NCBI GenBank assembly: GCA_043228905.1
Contig: JBHGNT010000011.1
Span: 8,370,001-8,434,000 of the forward strand
DNA: 64,000 bases
Direction: 5' to 3'
Source of the DNA: Azolla caroliniana
Taxonomy: Eukaryota; Plantae; Polypodiophyta
Shown here: positions 36,796-51,000 of the stretch, piece by piece
How positions within the stretch are numbered: the first letter of the stretch is position 1
Layout of the letters: every line of letters begins with the position of its first letter
Made by a program: the position numbers and the translations under genes
The notes under the pieces: generated by a model
The model's input: only the letters and a program-made list of their open reading frames with translations
Told to the model about the DNA's origin: nothing
The model's database searches: none

Positions 36796-37811
36796 TTGAC
36801 CGGTTCTGTCAGCTTGTTCTTTCATTCGACTCTGTCGGTTGAACAACTCCGTCGAATGATGGGCTTCTGCCGACTCATCGATGGTTAGTCCCATTGATTT
36901 TCGCCTGATGTCCTTTGTGAGGACTTGGCTGGTTGTTTTGTCCAAATTTAGGATCGGTCGACTATTGGTGTATGTCGTACAGAATACCTCCCAGCTCGCC
37001 GACAAGCTTGATAGGAGGGCAAGGGCTTTCACTTCTTCTTCAAAGTTAATCCCTTGTGACAAGAGCTCTAACAACACCCGATTGAAGGTGTTGATGTGGG
37101 AGGTCACCGGATCAGTCTCTTTCATCTTCATATTGAACAATTGTTTAATCAAAATTAATTTTGAAGATGAGGACTTGTTCTCATAGACTGCCTGTAGTTT
37201 CTCCCACAATGAGAACGTTGTCGTCTCTTTCACCATTCTGAAGTAGACGTTTTCGGCTAGGTGCATTCGGATGGTGGATCATGTTATTTCGTCCACTAAT
37301 CTCCACTCTTATGCTGTCATTGAAGCAGGCTTTTCGTTGTGCCGAATGGCTTCAACCTATCTTCGGATGATCATCACATCCTGCATCATCTCCTTCCATA
37401 GAGCAAAAATTTTGTCGTCGAACTTTTTGATTTCAACTCCTGTTCCAGATGTTGAAGCTATATTCCTTTTATGAAAGTAAGATTTCTAACCTGGCCTTTT
37501 CCTCTCAGCTTCTTCTGTTGTTTGTTGCTATCGTGCAACAAGGTTGCTCTGATACCAATTGTCGGATATATATCTATAGTACATACGTATGCGGAAACGT
37601 TTGAGGACCTATTCGCTTATGCTCAGAAAACAACACACACAGAAAATACAGTGAATGAAGACTTAGATGGTAGATCGAGCTTTAATGGACAACTTCTTAT
37701 TTCTTCGTTCTCACTGAGAGATACAATCCTCTTCTCATCATCACTCATTACAATGTTAGGTATTCGCTTATATACTAAGCCCTAACTTATTAACGAGTTC
37801 ACACTCGGACA
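36796..37811 (-). mobile_element. Ty1/copia 5' end (LTR about 37560-37811, PBS, gag), truncated and fused to B1 gag
   Basis: PBS TGGTATCAGAGC at 37546-37557; UBN2-type gag MASTSGTGVEIKKFD..LWEKL..ALALLSSL..SWE. Confidence 0.85.
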
Positions 37812-38166
37812 GATACAATTTAGTACAATCAAGCTCTTGTTTGTGGGTTGTAGCAGTAGTCATGGTCAATTCCTCTTGGATGGTGATAGTCACCTCTTTC
37901 TTAAGACCACCATGCTCCCCTTCTTGGGAGGTCTTTATTGGTTGGTCCTCATGGCTGATGCTAGTATGCTCGTTCTTAGTATAATCAGGCTCCTCTTCAG
38001 TACTAGCAATATCTTTCCAAGCTCCTCGTGGGCTTCTATAGAAAAATTGTTGTTTGTACATTCCTACTCCTCTTCCAATATGAATGCTTCCTTCTTTTCA
38101 CAATCCTCATGTATGGAAGAGGTGCTTCCAGAGTCCGCCTTTGTGCAAAGGATAGTCCCAGAATCT
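37812..38166 (-). other. Uncharacterised coding-like sequence, continuous with 43768-44990 once the copia is removed
   Basis: Shared TSD AATCT; acidic low-complexity ORF pieces on the minus strand. Confidence 0.35.
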
Positions 38167-38625
38167 TCACGGGAAGCTCCCTATACGCAATGCTCGGCCA
38201 CAACCGAGCTTAGAATCATACACAAAAAACGGGAAATGAAACGCACGACACAAAGAAGAGAAGAGTACACAAGATGTTTACGTGGAAAACCCAAACTAGG
38301 GAAAAACCACGGCAGCCCATAGGCTGCAAACTATCACTATGCTAGAATGTACAATAGTGAGTTCACGGAGGCAACAACCTCGTGCTCACGATCTTCGCCA
38401 TAGGTAGCGGTTACAACAGAGGCAACGACCTCTTCCTCTCTCCCTTCCTCTCTATACACTGTTACACGCTATATTCTTGTGCAAAAGCAAAAACGACAAC
38501 AACAACTAAAAGTTTGCCCTAAGTCATATTTATACTAATATGACTTTTCGGCTATTTACAAATATAGCCTCTATGGACTCTCAGAAACATATTTACGAAT
38601 ATGTCTCTTCATCCGGTGAGTACTC

Positions 38626-38841
38626 CTCACCGGGTCTTCACCATCTGGCTCTCCGTAGCCAGGTACTCCTCATCCGGTTCTCACCGGGTCTGCACCATCC
38701 GGCTCTCCGTAGCCGGGTACTCATCATTCGGTTCTCACCGGACCTGCACCATCCGGCTCTCCGTAGCCGGGTACTCCTCATCCGGTTCACACCGGGTCTG
38801 CACCATCCGGCTCTCCGTAGCCGGGTACTCCTCATCCGGTT
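38626..38841. repeat. 54-bp tandem repeat, 4 copies, in the 3' LTR
   Basis: Unit CTCACCGGGTCTGCACCATCCGGCTCTCCGTAGCCGGGTACTCCTCATCCGGTT. Confidence 0.93.
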
Positions 38842-38904
38842 CTCAACAGCACTGTTCTCCTCCCTTCCCATCCGGAGGGACCTGTCTCCCAACAAACTCC
38901 CCCT

Positions 38905-41900
38905 TCACTCCGGCATGGGGTGTCTTACTAGTCCGATCCTCTTCGGGCATGCGTCCAGCTTGTCGGGTATCAACACGTTGGTCAGCATATCTGACCCGTT
39001 CTCGGCCGTGTGTATCTTCTTCAGTGCGAACTCCTGGTCATCTACTCTTTCCCGGATCCAATGATATCTTCGCTGGATATGCTCCGTCCGGGAATGATAG
39101 GCTACATTCTTAGCAAGATGGATGGCACTTTGACTGTTGCAATAGATTCGGTATTCATCTTGCCGGATACCGAGCTCTTCGATGAAGTCCTTCATCCATA
39201 ATATTTCCTTGCCAGCTTCCACAGCCGCCATGTACTCCGCCTCCGTGGTTTACAATGCAACCGTCTTCTGCAGCCTTGACTCCCACGAGACAGCTCCCCC
39301 TGCATATGTCATTACATACCCGGATGTAGACTGGCTGGTATCCACATCAGCCGACATGTCTGAATCGGTGAAACCGTCAAGTTGAGGTTTTCCGGAGCCG
39401 AATCGGAGACACATATTTTAAGTACCCTTCAAATAACGGAGTATCCATTTGACCGTGTTCTAGTGCTCCTTGTCGGGATTGCTCATAAACTGGCTCACCA
39501 CTCCGACTGCGTATCCTATATCCGGTCGGGTACACACCATTGCGTACATCAAGCTCCCTACAGCAGAGGCATATGGGATCTTCATCATATCCACCTTCTC
39601 TGCTTTCTTCTTCGGGCTTTCCTTACCAGATAACCTGCAGTTTGCCGGAAGTGTCGATCCAACCGGTTTCGCATCTGACATGTTGAACCGGCAAGCACCT
39701 TTGTCACGTACTTCTCCTGTGACAGCCATAATTGCTTCATTGACCGGCTTCAGATAATATGCATCCCCAGCATCTGTCTTGCCGGACCCAAGTCTTTCAT
39801 TGAGAAGGTTCGGTTGAGGGCCTTCTTCAGCATCCGTATTTTGACTTGGTCCCGTCCGACGATCAACATGTCATCCACGTACAGAAGGAGTATCAGGAAG
39901 TCGCCTCCTTCAAACTTCTTCACAAACACGCAGTAATCGGCCTGCGTCTTGTGGTACCCTTGATCAGCCATGAAGGAATCGAGCTTCTGGTACCATTCCC
40001 GGGGGGCCTGCTTCAACCCGTAGAGGCTCTTCTTCAACCGGCATACCAGGTTTTCCTTCCCTGTCTCCACAAATGCCTCTGGTTGCTGCATGTAGATCTC
40101 CTTTTCGAGGTCGCCGTGAAGGAATGCTGTCTTCACATCTAGTTGCTCTACCTCGAGGTCCATGCTTGCCGCTATAGTCAGCACCGTCCGGATGGAGGTC
40201 ATCTTTACTACCGGGCCAAATATCTCGTCAAAGTCCACGCCCTTTTTCTGTTGGAACCCCTTCACCACGATCCTGGCTTTGTATCTCGGGGGGTTGCCGG
40301 CATCTCCTGGTTTCAACTTGTACACCCACTTGTTTCGGAGTGCCCGCTTTCCTTTCGGTAACTCCACCAATTCATACGTATGGTTCTCATGCAGGGAATC
40401 CATCTCATCCTGCATGACACTTAACCATCTGCGGCTGTGGGTGTCATCCTTCGCTTCTTCGAAGCTTTCCGGCTCCCCCTCATCGGTCAGTAGAACATGC
40501 TCTGCATCCGGAAATCTCCGGGGCACCCTTCTCTCTCTGAGAGGATATCTCCGTCTTCGGGCTTCGGTAACCGGCTCCTCCATTTGCTCTTCATCCGAAT
40601 CCGATTCGGGGTCTTGGCCGGTTCCGGTTTCAGTTTCCTCTACTTCTTCTTCAGTCTATTCGGTATCCTCACCGTAACCGGCTGGTCCCTCGAGTGCTAA
40701 CCGGTCTCTTGCCGGTTGGATCTGCTCATCGTAGAGTCGATCCTTACCGGTCGACTCGGAGTTCATTATCGTCTTCTCTGACTCCCAGTCGGCGAGCGTC
40801 TTGTCCTCCATGAAGATAATATCTCAACTCCGGAATACCTTCTTGTTGACCAGGTCCCACACTCGGTAGCCGAACTCATCGTCATCGTAACCGAGGAATA
40901 TGCATGGCCGGGTCTTTGGATCTAACTTTCCTCTCCGGTCCTTAGCTACATGCACGTACGCGAGACACCCGAACACCTTCAGATGTCCGTAGGATACTTC
41001 CTTACCGGTCCATACTCTCTGAGGCGTGTCTTCGTCCAAGGGTACTGAGGGTGATCTATTTATCACATATGTCGCCGTCGACAATGCCTCAGCCCAAAAC
41101 TTCTTGGGTAGTTTTGCATGCGCGAGCATACTCTGAACCCTCTCCATTATGGTCCGGTTCATCCTCTCGGCCAGTCCGTTTAGTTCCGGCGTCTTCGGCA
41201 CGGTAAATTCAAGCTGGATTCCCTTCGAGCGGCAGTACTCCTCGAACTGCCCCCGGTATTCTCCTTCGTTATCTACTCGAACCGCCTTCAACTTCCGGCC
41301 GGTTTCTCTTTCCACTCTCGCGTGGAGCTCTTTGAAGACGGATAGCACCTGATCCTTCGTCTTCAACGGTGTGGCCCACAACTTCCGGTTGTGGTCATCT
41401 ATGAATGTCACGAAGTACTGCGCTCCGGCATGTAACTTCGTGTCTACCTGACACACATCTGTTTGCACCAACTCTAGTGGTGCATTACGTCTCATCGGTG
41501 GCCTTGGTCGGAAGGAGGTCCGGTTTTGCTTACCGGCCAGACAATCAGTGCACTTCTCCAAGTGCACGTTCTTCAGTGGAATGAGGTTGTCGTCTGCAAG
41601 CCTCTTCATCCCCTTCTCGCTCATATGACACAACCTCTTGTGCCACAGCTCACCGGCAGTGTCGGATGCCACGTTCACTTCTTCTGGACATAACTGGGCA
41701 TTCATCAAGTACAACGTGTTGACCTTCCGGGCCTGAGCCACAATCAAGCTCCCTTTGCTGAACTTCATGACTCCGTTCCGGATGCTACCCGTGTAGCCTT
41801 CATCATCTAGCAGACCGGCTGATATCAGGTTCAGACGAACCTCCGGAACATGTTGGACATCCTTCAGCAACAACTTGCATCCGATTGATGTTGTCAGCCA

Positions 41901-42950
41901 CACGTCTCCTATGCCGACAATTCGGCATGTACCTTCATTCCCCATCCGGACACAGCCGTGATCATCGGCTGCGTAGAATAATAAGCATTTCCGGTCCGGA
42001 GTAAGGTGGAGCGACGCTCCGGAGTCTACCACCCAGGTCATCTCGTCGCCGGCAAGGTTTATCTCACTCTCCTCGGTGATGAGCATTAACTGTTCTTCAC
42101 TTGCCGCGATTGCCTTCGTTCCCTTCCGGTTCAGCCCCCTCCGGTCTTTACTGTTCCAGTCCGGGGTCCGCTTTGAATCGGTACCGTCGGTTTCCTTGTC
42201 TTTTCGGAAATGCCGACAGTTCTTTTGGAAGTGTCCCGGCTTGCTGCAATAGAAGCAAGTAGGCCTCCCCCTTGACTTTGACTGTGTCCCTGACTACTCC
42301 CAGTTCTGGGGACTACGGTTTCTATGTCTTCTGCGTTATGATTCGGTCAGAAGTGCTTTGGAGTTGGAGCTCGTATCTTTATCTTTCCGACGCGCCTCCT
42401 CATCTAGCAAGCTCGACTTTACTCTTGCTAGGGATAACCGATTTCCTTCCGGCCCGGTGTTGCCCAAAGTGACAACCAACGTCTCCCTGCTATGCGGGAG
42501 GGAACCGAGCAAGAATAGCGCTAGTACCTCATCGGCGAGAGGTACTTCCAATGAAGTTGCCTGGTGTATCAGCCCCTGGAAGGCATTCATGTGCTCCGCC
42601 ATGCTGGAGCCATCTTGAAACCGGAGTCTAACTAGCTTCCGGAATACCGAAACCTGATTAACAACATTTTTGTTCTGAAACATAATGCCGATCTTCTCCC
42701 AGAGCTCATGAGCCTTGCTCTCTTCATTGAAGTTGTTGTATAGGCTCATGTCGATGAAGCACCGTATGTACGCCGTTGTCTTCGTGTGCATCACCTCCCA
42801 TACCGTGGCATCAATTTTGTCCGGTCTCTTATCCCCAAACTGAACCGTCAACCAAAGATCTTTAACCACGAGCATGTCCCTCATCTTCGACTTCCATACC
42901 GAATAGTTGGAGCCGGTGAGCTTGAACATGCCTCCTAACGAATCGTCCAT
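38905..42950 (-). pseudogene. Copia gag-pol polyprotein with a few frameshifts and stops
   Basis: MDDSLGGMFKL, CFYCSKPGHFQKNC, WVVDSGAS, TPELNGLAERMNRT, QLDVKTAFLHG, SLYGLKQAP, LYVDDM, HIQRRYHW. Confidence 0.92.
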
Positions 42951-43444
42951 TTTCTGTGTCGTTTCGCTCTGATACGACTTGACGGGAACTGCACGCTCCC
43001 TATACGCAACGCTCGGCCACAACCGAGCTTAGAATCATACACAGAAAACGGGAAATGAAACGCACGACACAAAGAAGAGAAGAGTACACAGGATGTTTAC
43101 GTGGAAAACCCAAACTAGGGAAAAACCACGGCAGCTCACAGGCTGCAAACTATCACTATGCTAGAATGTACAATAGTGAGTTCATGGAGGCAACGACCTC
43201 GTGCTCACGATCTTCGCCACAGGCGGCGGTTACAACAGAGGCAACCACCTCTTCCTCTCTCCCTTCCTCTCTATACACTGTTACGCGCTATATTCTTGTG
43301 CAAAAGCAAAAACGACAACAACAACTAAAAGTTTGCCCTAAGTCATATTTATACTAATATGACTTTTCGGCTATTTACAAATATAGCCTCTATGGACTCT
43401 CAGAAACATATTTACGAATATGTCTCTTCATCCGGTGAGCACTC

Positions 43445-43714
43445 CTCACCGGGTCTTCACCATCCGGCTCTCCGTAGCCGGGTACTCCTCATCCGGTTCT
43501 CACCAGGTCTGCACCATCCGGCTCTCCGTAGCCGGGTACTCCTCATCCGGTTCTCACTAGGTCTGCACCATCCGGCTCTTCGTAGCCAGGTACTCCTCAT
43601 CCGGTTCTCACCGGATTTGCACCATCCGGCTCTCCGTAGCCGGGTACTCCTCATCTGGTTCTCACCGGGTCTGCACCATCCGTCTCTCCGTAGCCGGGTA
43701 CTCCTCATCCGGTT
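43445..43714. repeat. 54-bp tandem repeat, 5 copies, in the 5' LTR
   Basis: Same unit as 38626-38841 with one extra copy. Confidence 0.93.
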
Positions 43715-43767
43715 CTCAACAGCACTGTTCTCCTCCCTTCCCATCCGGAGGGACCTGTCTCCCAACA

Positions 43768-44990
43768 AATCTGACTCTTCACTTGTGCTCCATATAGTTC
43801 CCGATTCTTTTGATTGTAGTTGGGAATCAGCCTGCTCTTGTAAACCTAAATAATGAGATCCCAGAGAATATTAGTATCAACTCACATACTCACAAGTTTG
43901 CAAACATACTAGTAACTATAAACATAGGAGGTTAATAGCCACACTTTTACCTACTGTCACATCGTCATACTGTACAGCCATAGACAACCCATTACAAGTG
44001 GTAGGGTCAGTCATCTTCTCTACAACATCTAAGTGTTCATCAGATTTAGGGATGGTGCCAATTGTAGGTTGGGGCTCATCATCAATAGAAGATTTCATAA
44101 TAGTATCTATAGAATGCACCAAAATCACCACTATACTAGGGTAGTTATGATCTAAATAATTGTTTTGTTAGAGGGCTTTTGACGTGTACCTGGGAGTGTG
44201 ATAAATTCGTCTTCATGATCAAGGTTTGGACTCGTATCTCCCTCTCCTAGGATCATTTTGTCATCAACTAGTAACATAACTACATGGTATTCGTCAATGC
44301 ATTAGGTTCACAACTCTCCAGACAGGTGAGAACATATATGACTCACCATTGCATTCAACTCTGCCTTTCTTGCCCTTTCCATACAACTTCCTTGCAACAT
44401 TCCTCTTCTTAGTGGGCTCTTTTTTAAAGACATCAGGCATTTAACATACACACACAAATCAGAAATAAGATGTGAAACCATAGTTTGTGTTACCTGGATT
44501 GTTGTGATGTTGACCAGAGCTTGGGGAATTTGTTTGCAGAAGCACATGTTCCACTGCTCCAATGGCCCTTCTCATACATTCATCTTCATCATAAAACTCA
44601 TAGGTTACTGGTAATGAAGGTCCTTGAACCTTGGAATGTGTAGCAGATACCGAGGGTTTAGGCACAGAGCTGGTTGTTCCATTACCTTCCCTGACGTGGA
44701 GTTGATTGACACTACAACATTCATTGCAAGAAACAAAAAAAACCTTCAAGGTTAGTACCTTGACATAAAAAAATACAATGTAGGTCACATCTTTAGTCTG
44801 TTTCGAGCCTAATACAACTAAACTACCAAGAGCTGCAGTACTAAATCATTAGTAAACACCTAGTTCCCATATTACAAAACTAGTACTAATTCGTGAACAA
44901 TGTACTACTCACCTAATTTCCAAATTACACAACTAGTACTAATCGTGAACTGTATACTACAAGTATAGTGTGTACTACACTAGTATTGGG
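43768..44990 (-). other. Uncharacterised exon-like fragments and ACTAGTACTA-rich tract, possibly internal to the DNA transposon ending at 54879
   Basis: ORF pieces 44459-44788 and 43916-44131 separated by T-rich intron-like stretches. Confidence 0.3.
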
Positions 44991-45059
44991 CATCCTTCTG
45001 TCTCCGGGGTCTTATTCTTCTATACATCCACTGGACTCATCGGTGCTTGGATCTGTGTT

Positions 45060-48000
45060 GTGGTTAAGGCCATTTTGGCCATCTCTCATGTGATCCGATC
45101 CAAGTCTTGTTCGAGGCACCGGATCCTTGACTAGGCCATCTCCAGTTCATCGGTTGTGACGAGCAACCGTTCCGTTTGCGCTCTTTCCTCCGCCTCTATG
45201 CATCCGACTACTCTAGCAATTTGGTCTCCTATCCACCAGAGCCATTGGCTGCCGGTGCACTGTTGTTGCGCTTGCACGGAGAGTTGGCTGATGGGTTCAC
45301 TCGCCGGTGGCTGGTCCCGCCATTCTACATCAAGCTGCGCTTCTGGTTCTGCCAACTAACCACTTTGTCGTTTTGTCTGCTTGTTCTTGGCCGACTGGGG
45401 CGGTTGGCCTTTGTATCTCCGGCTCTTGGGTGACGGGGCTTGCTGGTGCTGCCTGTTGTGCCAGGACTTCTGTGACCGGTTCCATCCGAACCGGTTCCGG
45501 TGCCTCCCTTGGCGTGGGTTGCTCAGCGTGAGTTGCAGGTGTTCCATCCTTCTGTGGGTCCGAACGCTTCCCGGCTGATTCCGCGGTGCTCTTCACCGGT
45601 CGCCGCTGGAGGTGCTTCGTGGGTTCTTCCTGCATCTCTTCTGCCTAAGTCCCAACATTCATTCTTGCCGCCAAGGTGTCCGTTTCCTGTTGCCCCGGTC
45701 GGTGGAGTGGGCTCTTCAGGGGCCGTACCGGTGTCTCCTCGTGCGTGTCCGTCGGCCGCTTCCGGCTGGCGCGCTCCTTCACCGTCCTCTCTACTTCGGC
45801 AGTCTTCCCCTTAGTGGCCTTGGAGGCCAACAGTTGTTGCCATTTCGAAGCAGGTTTCGGGGTGCCGTCCGTTGCTCTTCCACGCTTCTTGGTTTGGACG
45901 GGCTCGACCGGTGGCGCCAACAGGGTGAGCCATTGTGTCACCGCATGCCATATTTTCCGGCCTTCCTTGCCGTCCTTTCCTCTTACTATATCAATGGTCG
46001 TACACAGCCCGTCGGTGATCAGCACCGGCCAATCTACCTTGACCCCTTCGTACGTTGTGATGATCAAGCCTGTTCGATTCTGAGGCATGACGGGGGGTCG
46101 AGGGTACACGTGGCCGAACTTGTGGAGCACATGGGCAATTTCACGGAATAGCATATCTTCGCCGCCCTATGTCCTATAGCCCTTGCTGGCTAGAGAGTAC
46201 TCACCGAAATATTTGATGAGTTGCTCGGAGGTAGGATTGTCGATCGTGTAGATACCTCCCTCCGGAAGGCCTATTAACGCATGGATCGCCTCCTCCGCGT
46301 CGATTTCTTTTATAATGTTCTCGGCCTCCTTGTGTGGCGCCGCCTCTATGATCGTTAAGAAACCCTCCAGACCGTGCTACCGTAACCATTTCTTGGCGGC
46401 TTCAGACAACGTTTGGCAGTCCATCTTTGCGTCGAGGTCGGAGAGCGTTGGAGAGGTTTGATGGTGGGGAGAATGTGAGAGAGAAAGTTTTGAGGGAGGG
46501 GGTTCTATGTGTGCGAGCTCTCTACGATTTATCTTCACGCTTCGCTCTACATTTGTTCTCCTTGGTTCGCGATAGGAGAAGGTCTCAATGGGTGGGGGTT
46601 TTTCTGTCTACATCTTGGCGCCTTTTTCGAGCCTCCGCATGTGCACGTGTACTATAATAGCATTGCGTGCCATGTGGCGATGTTTTAATGTCCTATTCAT
46701 AGCTCCTCGTACCTTTTCTACGTGCCTCTTTACTCCTCATGTGCATGACCGTTTCCATCACTCCTTTCCATGATTTATTTGATTCGCTCCTTTATTCTCT
46801 TCTTCTTTTTTTTCTTTTTTTCTTTTTATAACTTGTGTGGTTATTTTTTCTCCGGTCCTGTCGGACCTTTGCCCGAAGCGTGCAACTTGCCGGCCTCTTG
46901 ACAGTTTGCCGTCTTTCTGCTCTCCTCGGTTGCCGGCTCATGCTCCTTACTGGCTTGGTGGTAGCCGTCGTCTTCATCGGTTGCCATTATGGTTGGCCTG
47001 CCGGCGTCTGATTCGGTGGCGGCCTTTCGTTCAAATGGGTTCTTAGGAATAGGTCCTTTGTATGGTTTTAGTCTAAATCCGTTGACCCATTTGCCCAACA
47101 CTTCTCCGACAAGTGTCGACAAGTGGTAGGACCCATTGAACTCGCGTGTGATCCAGTACGGTCCGGTCCATCTAAACCATAGTTTACCTGGCATTTTGCC
47201 CATCCGGGTCTAGAACATGAGTACCGGCTTGCCGGTCCCGAACATCTTTTCGTTTCCCTTCCGGTGCCGATCTACAAATGGTTTCCGTCTCCGTTGTTCC
47301 AATTCCAGGTGCATAATGCTCGCTAGTCGGTGTTCTTCCAGTTCGCACAGAGCCTTTAACCGAATTGCCTTCGATTCCTTTTTGTTCAATCGTTCCCGAA
47401 TCTAAATCCGTAAGCTTGGTACGTGGAACTCGACCGGCATGACTGCCTCCAATCCGAATGCTAACCGGAACGGTGTTGTCCGGATGCTTGTTTTGTACGT
47501 TGTCCGGTAAGGCCAGAGCGCACTGTGCAGCTTTGTGTCCCAATCTGTCCGATTTTCATTGACAATCTTCCGGAGGATATTCTGGAGCGTTTTGTTCGTC
47601 GACTCAGTTAACCCATTTGCTTGCGGATAGTATGGTGTGCTTCTTTTATGTACTACCGCATAGAACGTCGTCAAACTTTCTACCACCTATCCAAGAAAGT
47701 GCCCTCCTTGGTCGCTTATCAGCTCTATGGGGCATCCGTACCGGCACCAAATGCATTCGTATAAGAATTTCGCTGTTGACGTCGCGGTGTTGTCTTGTAG
47801 GGCTTTCGTTTCCACCCACTTAGTGCAGTAATCCATCGCGACGATCACGTACCGGTTGCCGGTTCTCATTGCCGGTGGTTTAAATGGCCCGACAAAATCC
47901 AGCCCCCATTTCTGGAATGGTTCTAGTGGTAGGACTGGCTGGTGTGGCATCCGAGCTTGTTCCGTTGGCTGACCCATTCGCTGGCATAGATCACACTCCT

Positions 48001-51000
48001 TCGCATACCGAACTGCATCCTTCAATGTGGTCGGCCACCATAGGCCACTTTTCCATACTTTCCTTGCCGTCGCATCTCCGGCATAATGGCCTTCGGCGAC
48101 TCCGCAGTGTGCCTCCCGTAGTATTACCTCCTTCTCGTCGTTGCGCACCGCTCGTCGCCAGATACCATCCGCACCTTTGTGGTATAGCGTGTCCTGTAAT
48201 AAACAAAAGTGCCGGCTCTGTACCGCCAGGCGTTTTCTCTCGTCCCGGTTCATCTCCTCCGGAGGCAATTCGGTACTCAGAAACTGGTGCATATTAGTTA
48301 GCCACTTATCTTCTTGTGCCACTGTTTCATCTGTTGCCAATTCCGTGGTGACTCGAAAAAGCTCAGCATCCGGAAACTCGTCCGGTACTCCGTCGCCTGT
48401 CTCCCTGGATTCTAACTGGCTTAGATAATCTGCTACCGTATGCTGTATGCCGGGTCAGTGGAATATCTCGAATTCGAACTCTTGCAACAACAAAGTCCAC
48501 CAGGCCAACTTACCGGTAAGTGACGCTTTGGATACTAGGTAGAGGAGTGCCGAATGATCTACATGGAAGGAGAACTTTCATCCCAATAAATAATGCCTGA
48601 ATTTTGTTACACTGTAGATCACTCCTAAAGCTTCCCTTTCCATGGTAGAATAATTTCGTTCCGCTTGGGATAGCTTCCGGATGGCATAGTACACTGGCCG
48701 GTACCACCTTGGCTCGGTAAGCTGCATGAGCGCGCTGCCGATTGTGATATCGGAAGCGTCCACGAACACATGAAACTCTTTACTCCAATCGGGAGGCTGC
48801 ACTACCGGTGCTTGTGACAATAACAACTTTAGTGCCCGGTACGCCTTGTCCTCGATGTCGGTCCATTGGAACAGTGTTCAGTGTACTGCCACATGCACAG
48901 GTGTAGCCAGGTCTACCAAATATCGGAGCATACGTCTATGCCAGCGGATTTGTCCTTGGAAACGGCTCAATGCCTTTGCCGTTGTTGGTGCCGGTGCTTC
49001 TAGGATTGCTTTCACTTTGTCCGGATCTACGGCAATGCCTTCCTTGCTCACTACACCTGCATAAAAGCCGGTATGTATTCGCCAAAGATCTCCATGATGA
49101 TCCGTTGGAATGTTGTTGGTGTCGTTTTCAACCCGAACATCATCACCACCGCAACAAACACTCCCCATTCGGTGACGAAAGCCATTTTCTCTTGATCCTC
49201 AGGGTGCATCCGGATTTGATTATACCCGCTGAATCCGTCTAAGAAACTGTAGACTTCATGGCCGGCGATGGCATCCAAAACTCCATCCGTAAACGGAAGT
49301 GGAAATGCATCCGTTACCATTGACGCATTGAGCTTCCGGTAGTTGACACAAACTCTAATTCTGCCATTCTTTTTCGGTACGACTACGATCGGGCTCAGCC
49401 ATGTAGATTTCTTTAAGGGACGGATGAAGCCAACCCTCAGTAATTTGTTGATCTCCTCCTTGACTTTGGCGGCGTAGTTTGGGTTCATCCGATACCGACG
49501 CTGTGCTACCGGCTTGGCGTCTTTGCTCAGATGTATCTAGTGCTGATACAACTGAGGATCCAGGCCTCTCATATCCTCGTACGACCAGGCAAAGACGGCG
49601 CGAAACTCGTTGAGGAGTGTAATTATCGCCGTTTTGTTCTCTGCATTCATTTCTTTGGCGATATGCACCGGTTTTGCCTCCTCCGCCGTTCCTATATTTA
49701 CCTCTTCTAATTGGGACGCTTTTACGCGCTGGGATACGGCCATTTCCCTTTCCAACGCCTCCTGCGCATGCCGTAATTCCCGGAATGCTTCTTTATCCGG
49801 TTCCGCTTCGGTTCCGTCCGGTTGCAGTAAGTAGGGTGATACCTCTTCCGCGACGTCAATTTCGAATAGGGGTACAATCTTCGGGTTCTCCATCAAGTAC
49901 TGCTCTTCCTCTTCGTCTGCTAATCCTTCTAGCATATTGACACACTCCGCATATAACAGTGTCAGATCCTTACCGGTGCCCTTCCTTGGTTGTGTTGGTA
50001 CCCGTACCTTCGCTTTTCCCCGCCGGAACGTAATCATATTCCTCCTCCAATTCTGCTTGATATGTGCCGTCTTTAACCAAGGGCGTCTCAACAATAATGG
50101 GTACGCTCCTTCAGCCTGCAATTGGAGAACTACGGCTGAGATTCGGAATGTGTGGCCCCCGATGGTTACTTCCAAGTTCTGTATTAAACCTGTCGGTCGC
50201 ACCGAGCTTGTGTCCGCCATTCGGAGCCAGAACGGACTTGGCTCCCACTCTTGGATTCCTAGAGCATCGCACGTCCAGAGGCTTATTACATTAACACTAG
50301 AGCCTCCGTCTATTATCATGCCGGGGAGTTCTTTCCCTTTCACAATGGCCGTAATTGCCGGACTACTGGTGTCCACCACCGCCGGTCCCTCCTCCGGGTT
50401 TGAGAAGAATGCCAGAGCCGATGGTGTTCCGCCTGTCGTCATACCTTCCTTGAGTCCTTCTGTGAATCTTGGTACTAGCTGCAAGAGTCATCCTAACGGC
50501 AACGTCATCTGGCATTCCTGCAATACCTGCCATGTCGCATTTTCGGACTGACTGCCGCCGGCGAGCTCTTCGGTGTTCTCCTTCTGTTGCGCGAGTTCTG
50601 CTACGTTTCGCTCATTGGCCTTTTTCACCCATTCCGTTGCCTGTTTCCAGATGGCCTCTTGTGTCTCCCATTTCGTAGTCTTCCCCTGCGACCTTGTGGT
50701 GACCTGCTGGAGGTCTGCGACTTCGGCGACTACCATGTTTACTGTCGGTCGCTTATCATAGCTCTTTGTCGGGCATTGATTACTATAATGTCCTTCCTGC
50801 CGGCAGTAATAGCAATATGCTTTCCGGGTGTTGCTGGATTCGGCATTGTTTCTTGTACCCGGGTGAGGACTTGTGGTAACCGCGGGGCTCTGGTCTGGTT
50901 GGCTGCTTGAGGCGCCTTTTTCTGGTTCACGTGGGTGGCTCCCGTTTTTGAAATGCCATTTTTTATTAAAGTTCTTTTTGTTGTGGTACCCTTGCCGGGG

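Larger units (their letters stand above)
38167..43767 (-). mobile_element. Full-length Ty1/copia retrotransposon, LTRs 38167-38894 and 42980-43767
   Basis: TSD AATCT on both sides; very similar LTRs; PBS TCGTATCAGAGC at 42966-42977; PPT GTGAAGGGGGAG; order gag-PR-INT-RT-RH. Confidence 0.97.

Noticed and set aside
38540-39113. Repetitive ORFs and a CRISPR-like look of the 54-bp repeats (also 43359-43853)
   Set aside because: Head-to-tail repeats without unique spacers, inside LTRs; the ORFs arise because the unit length is divisible by 3; no cas genes
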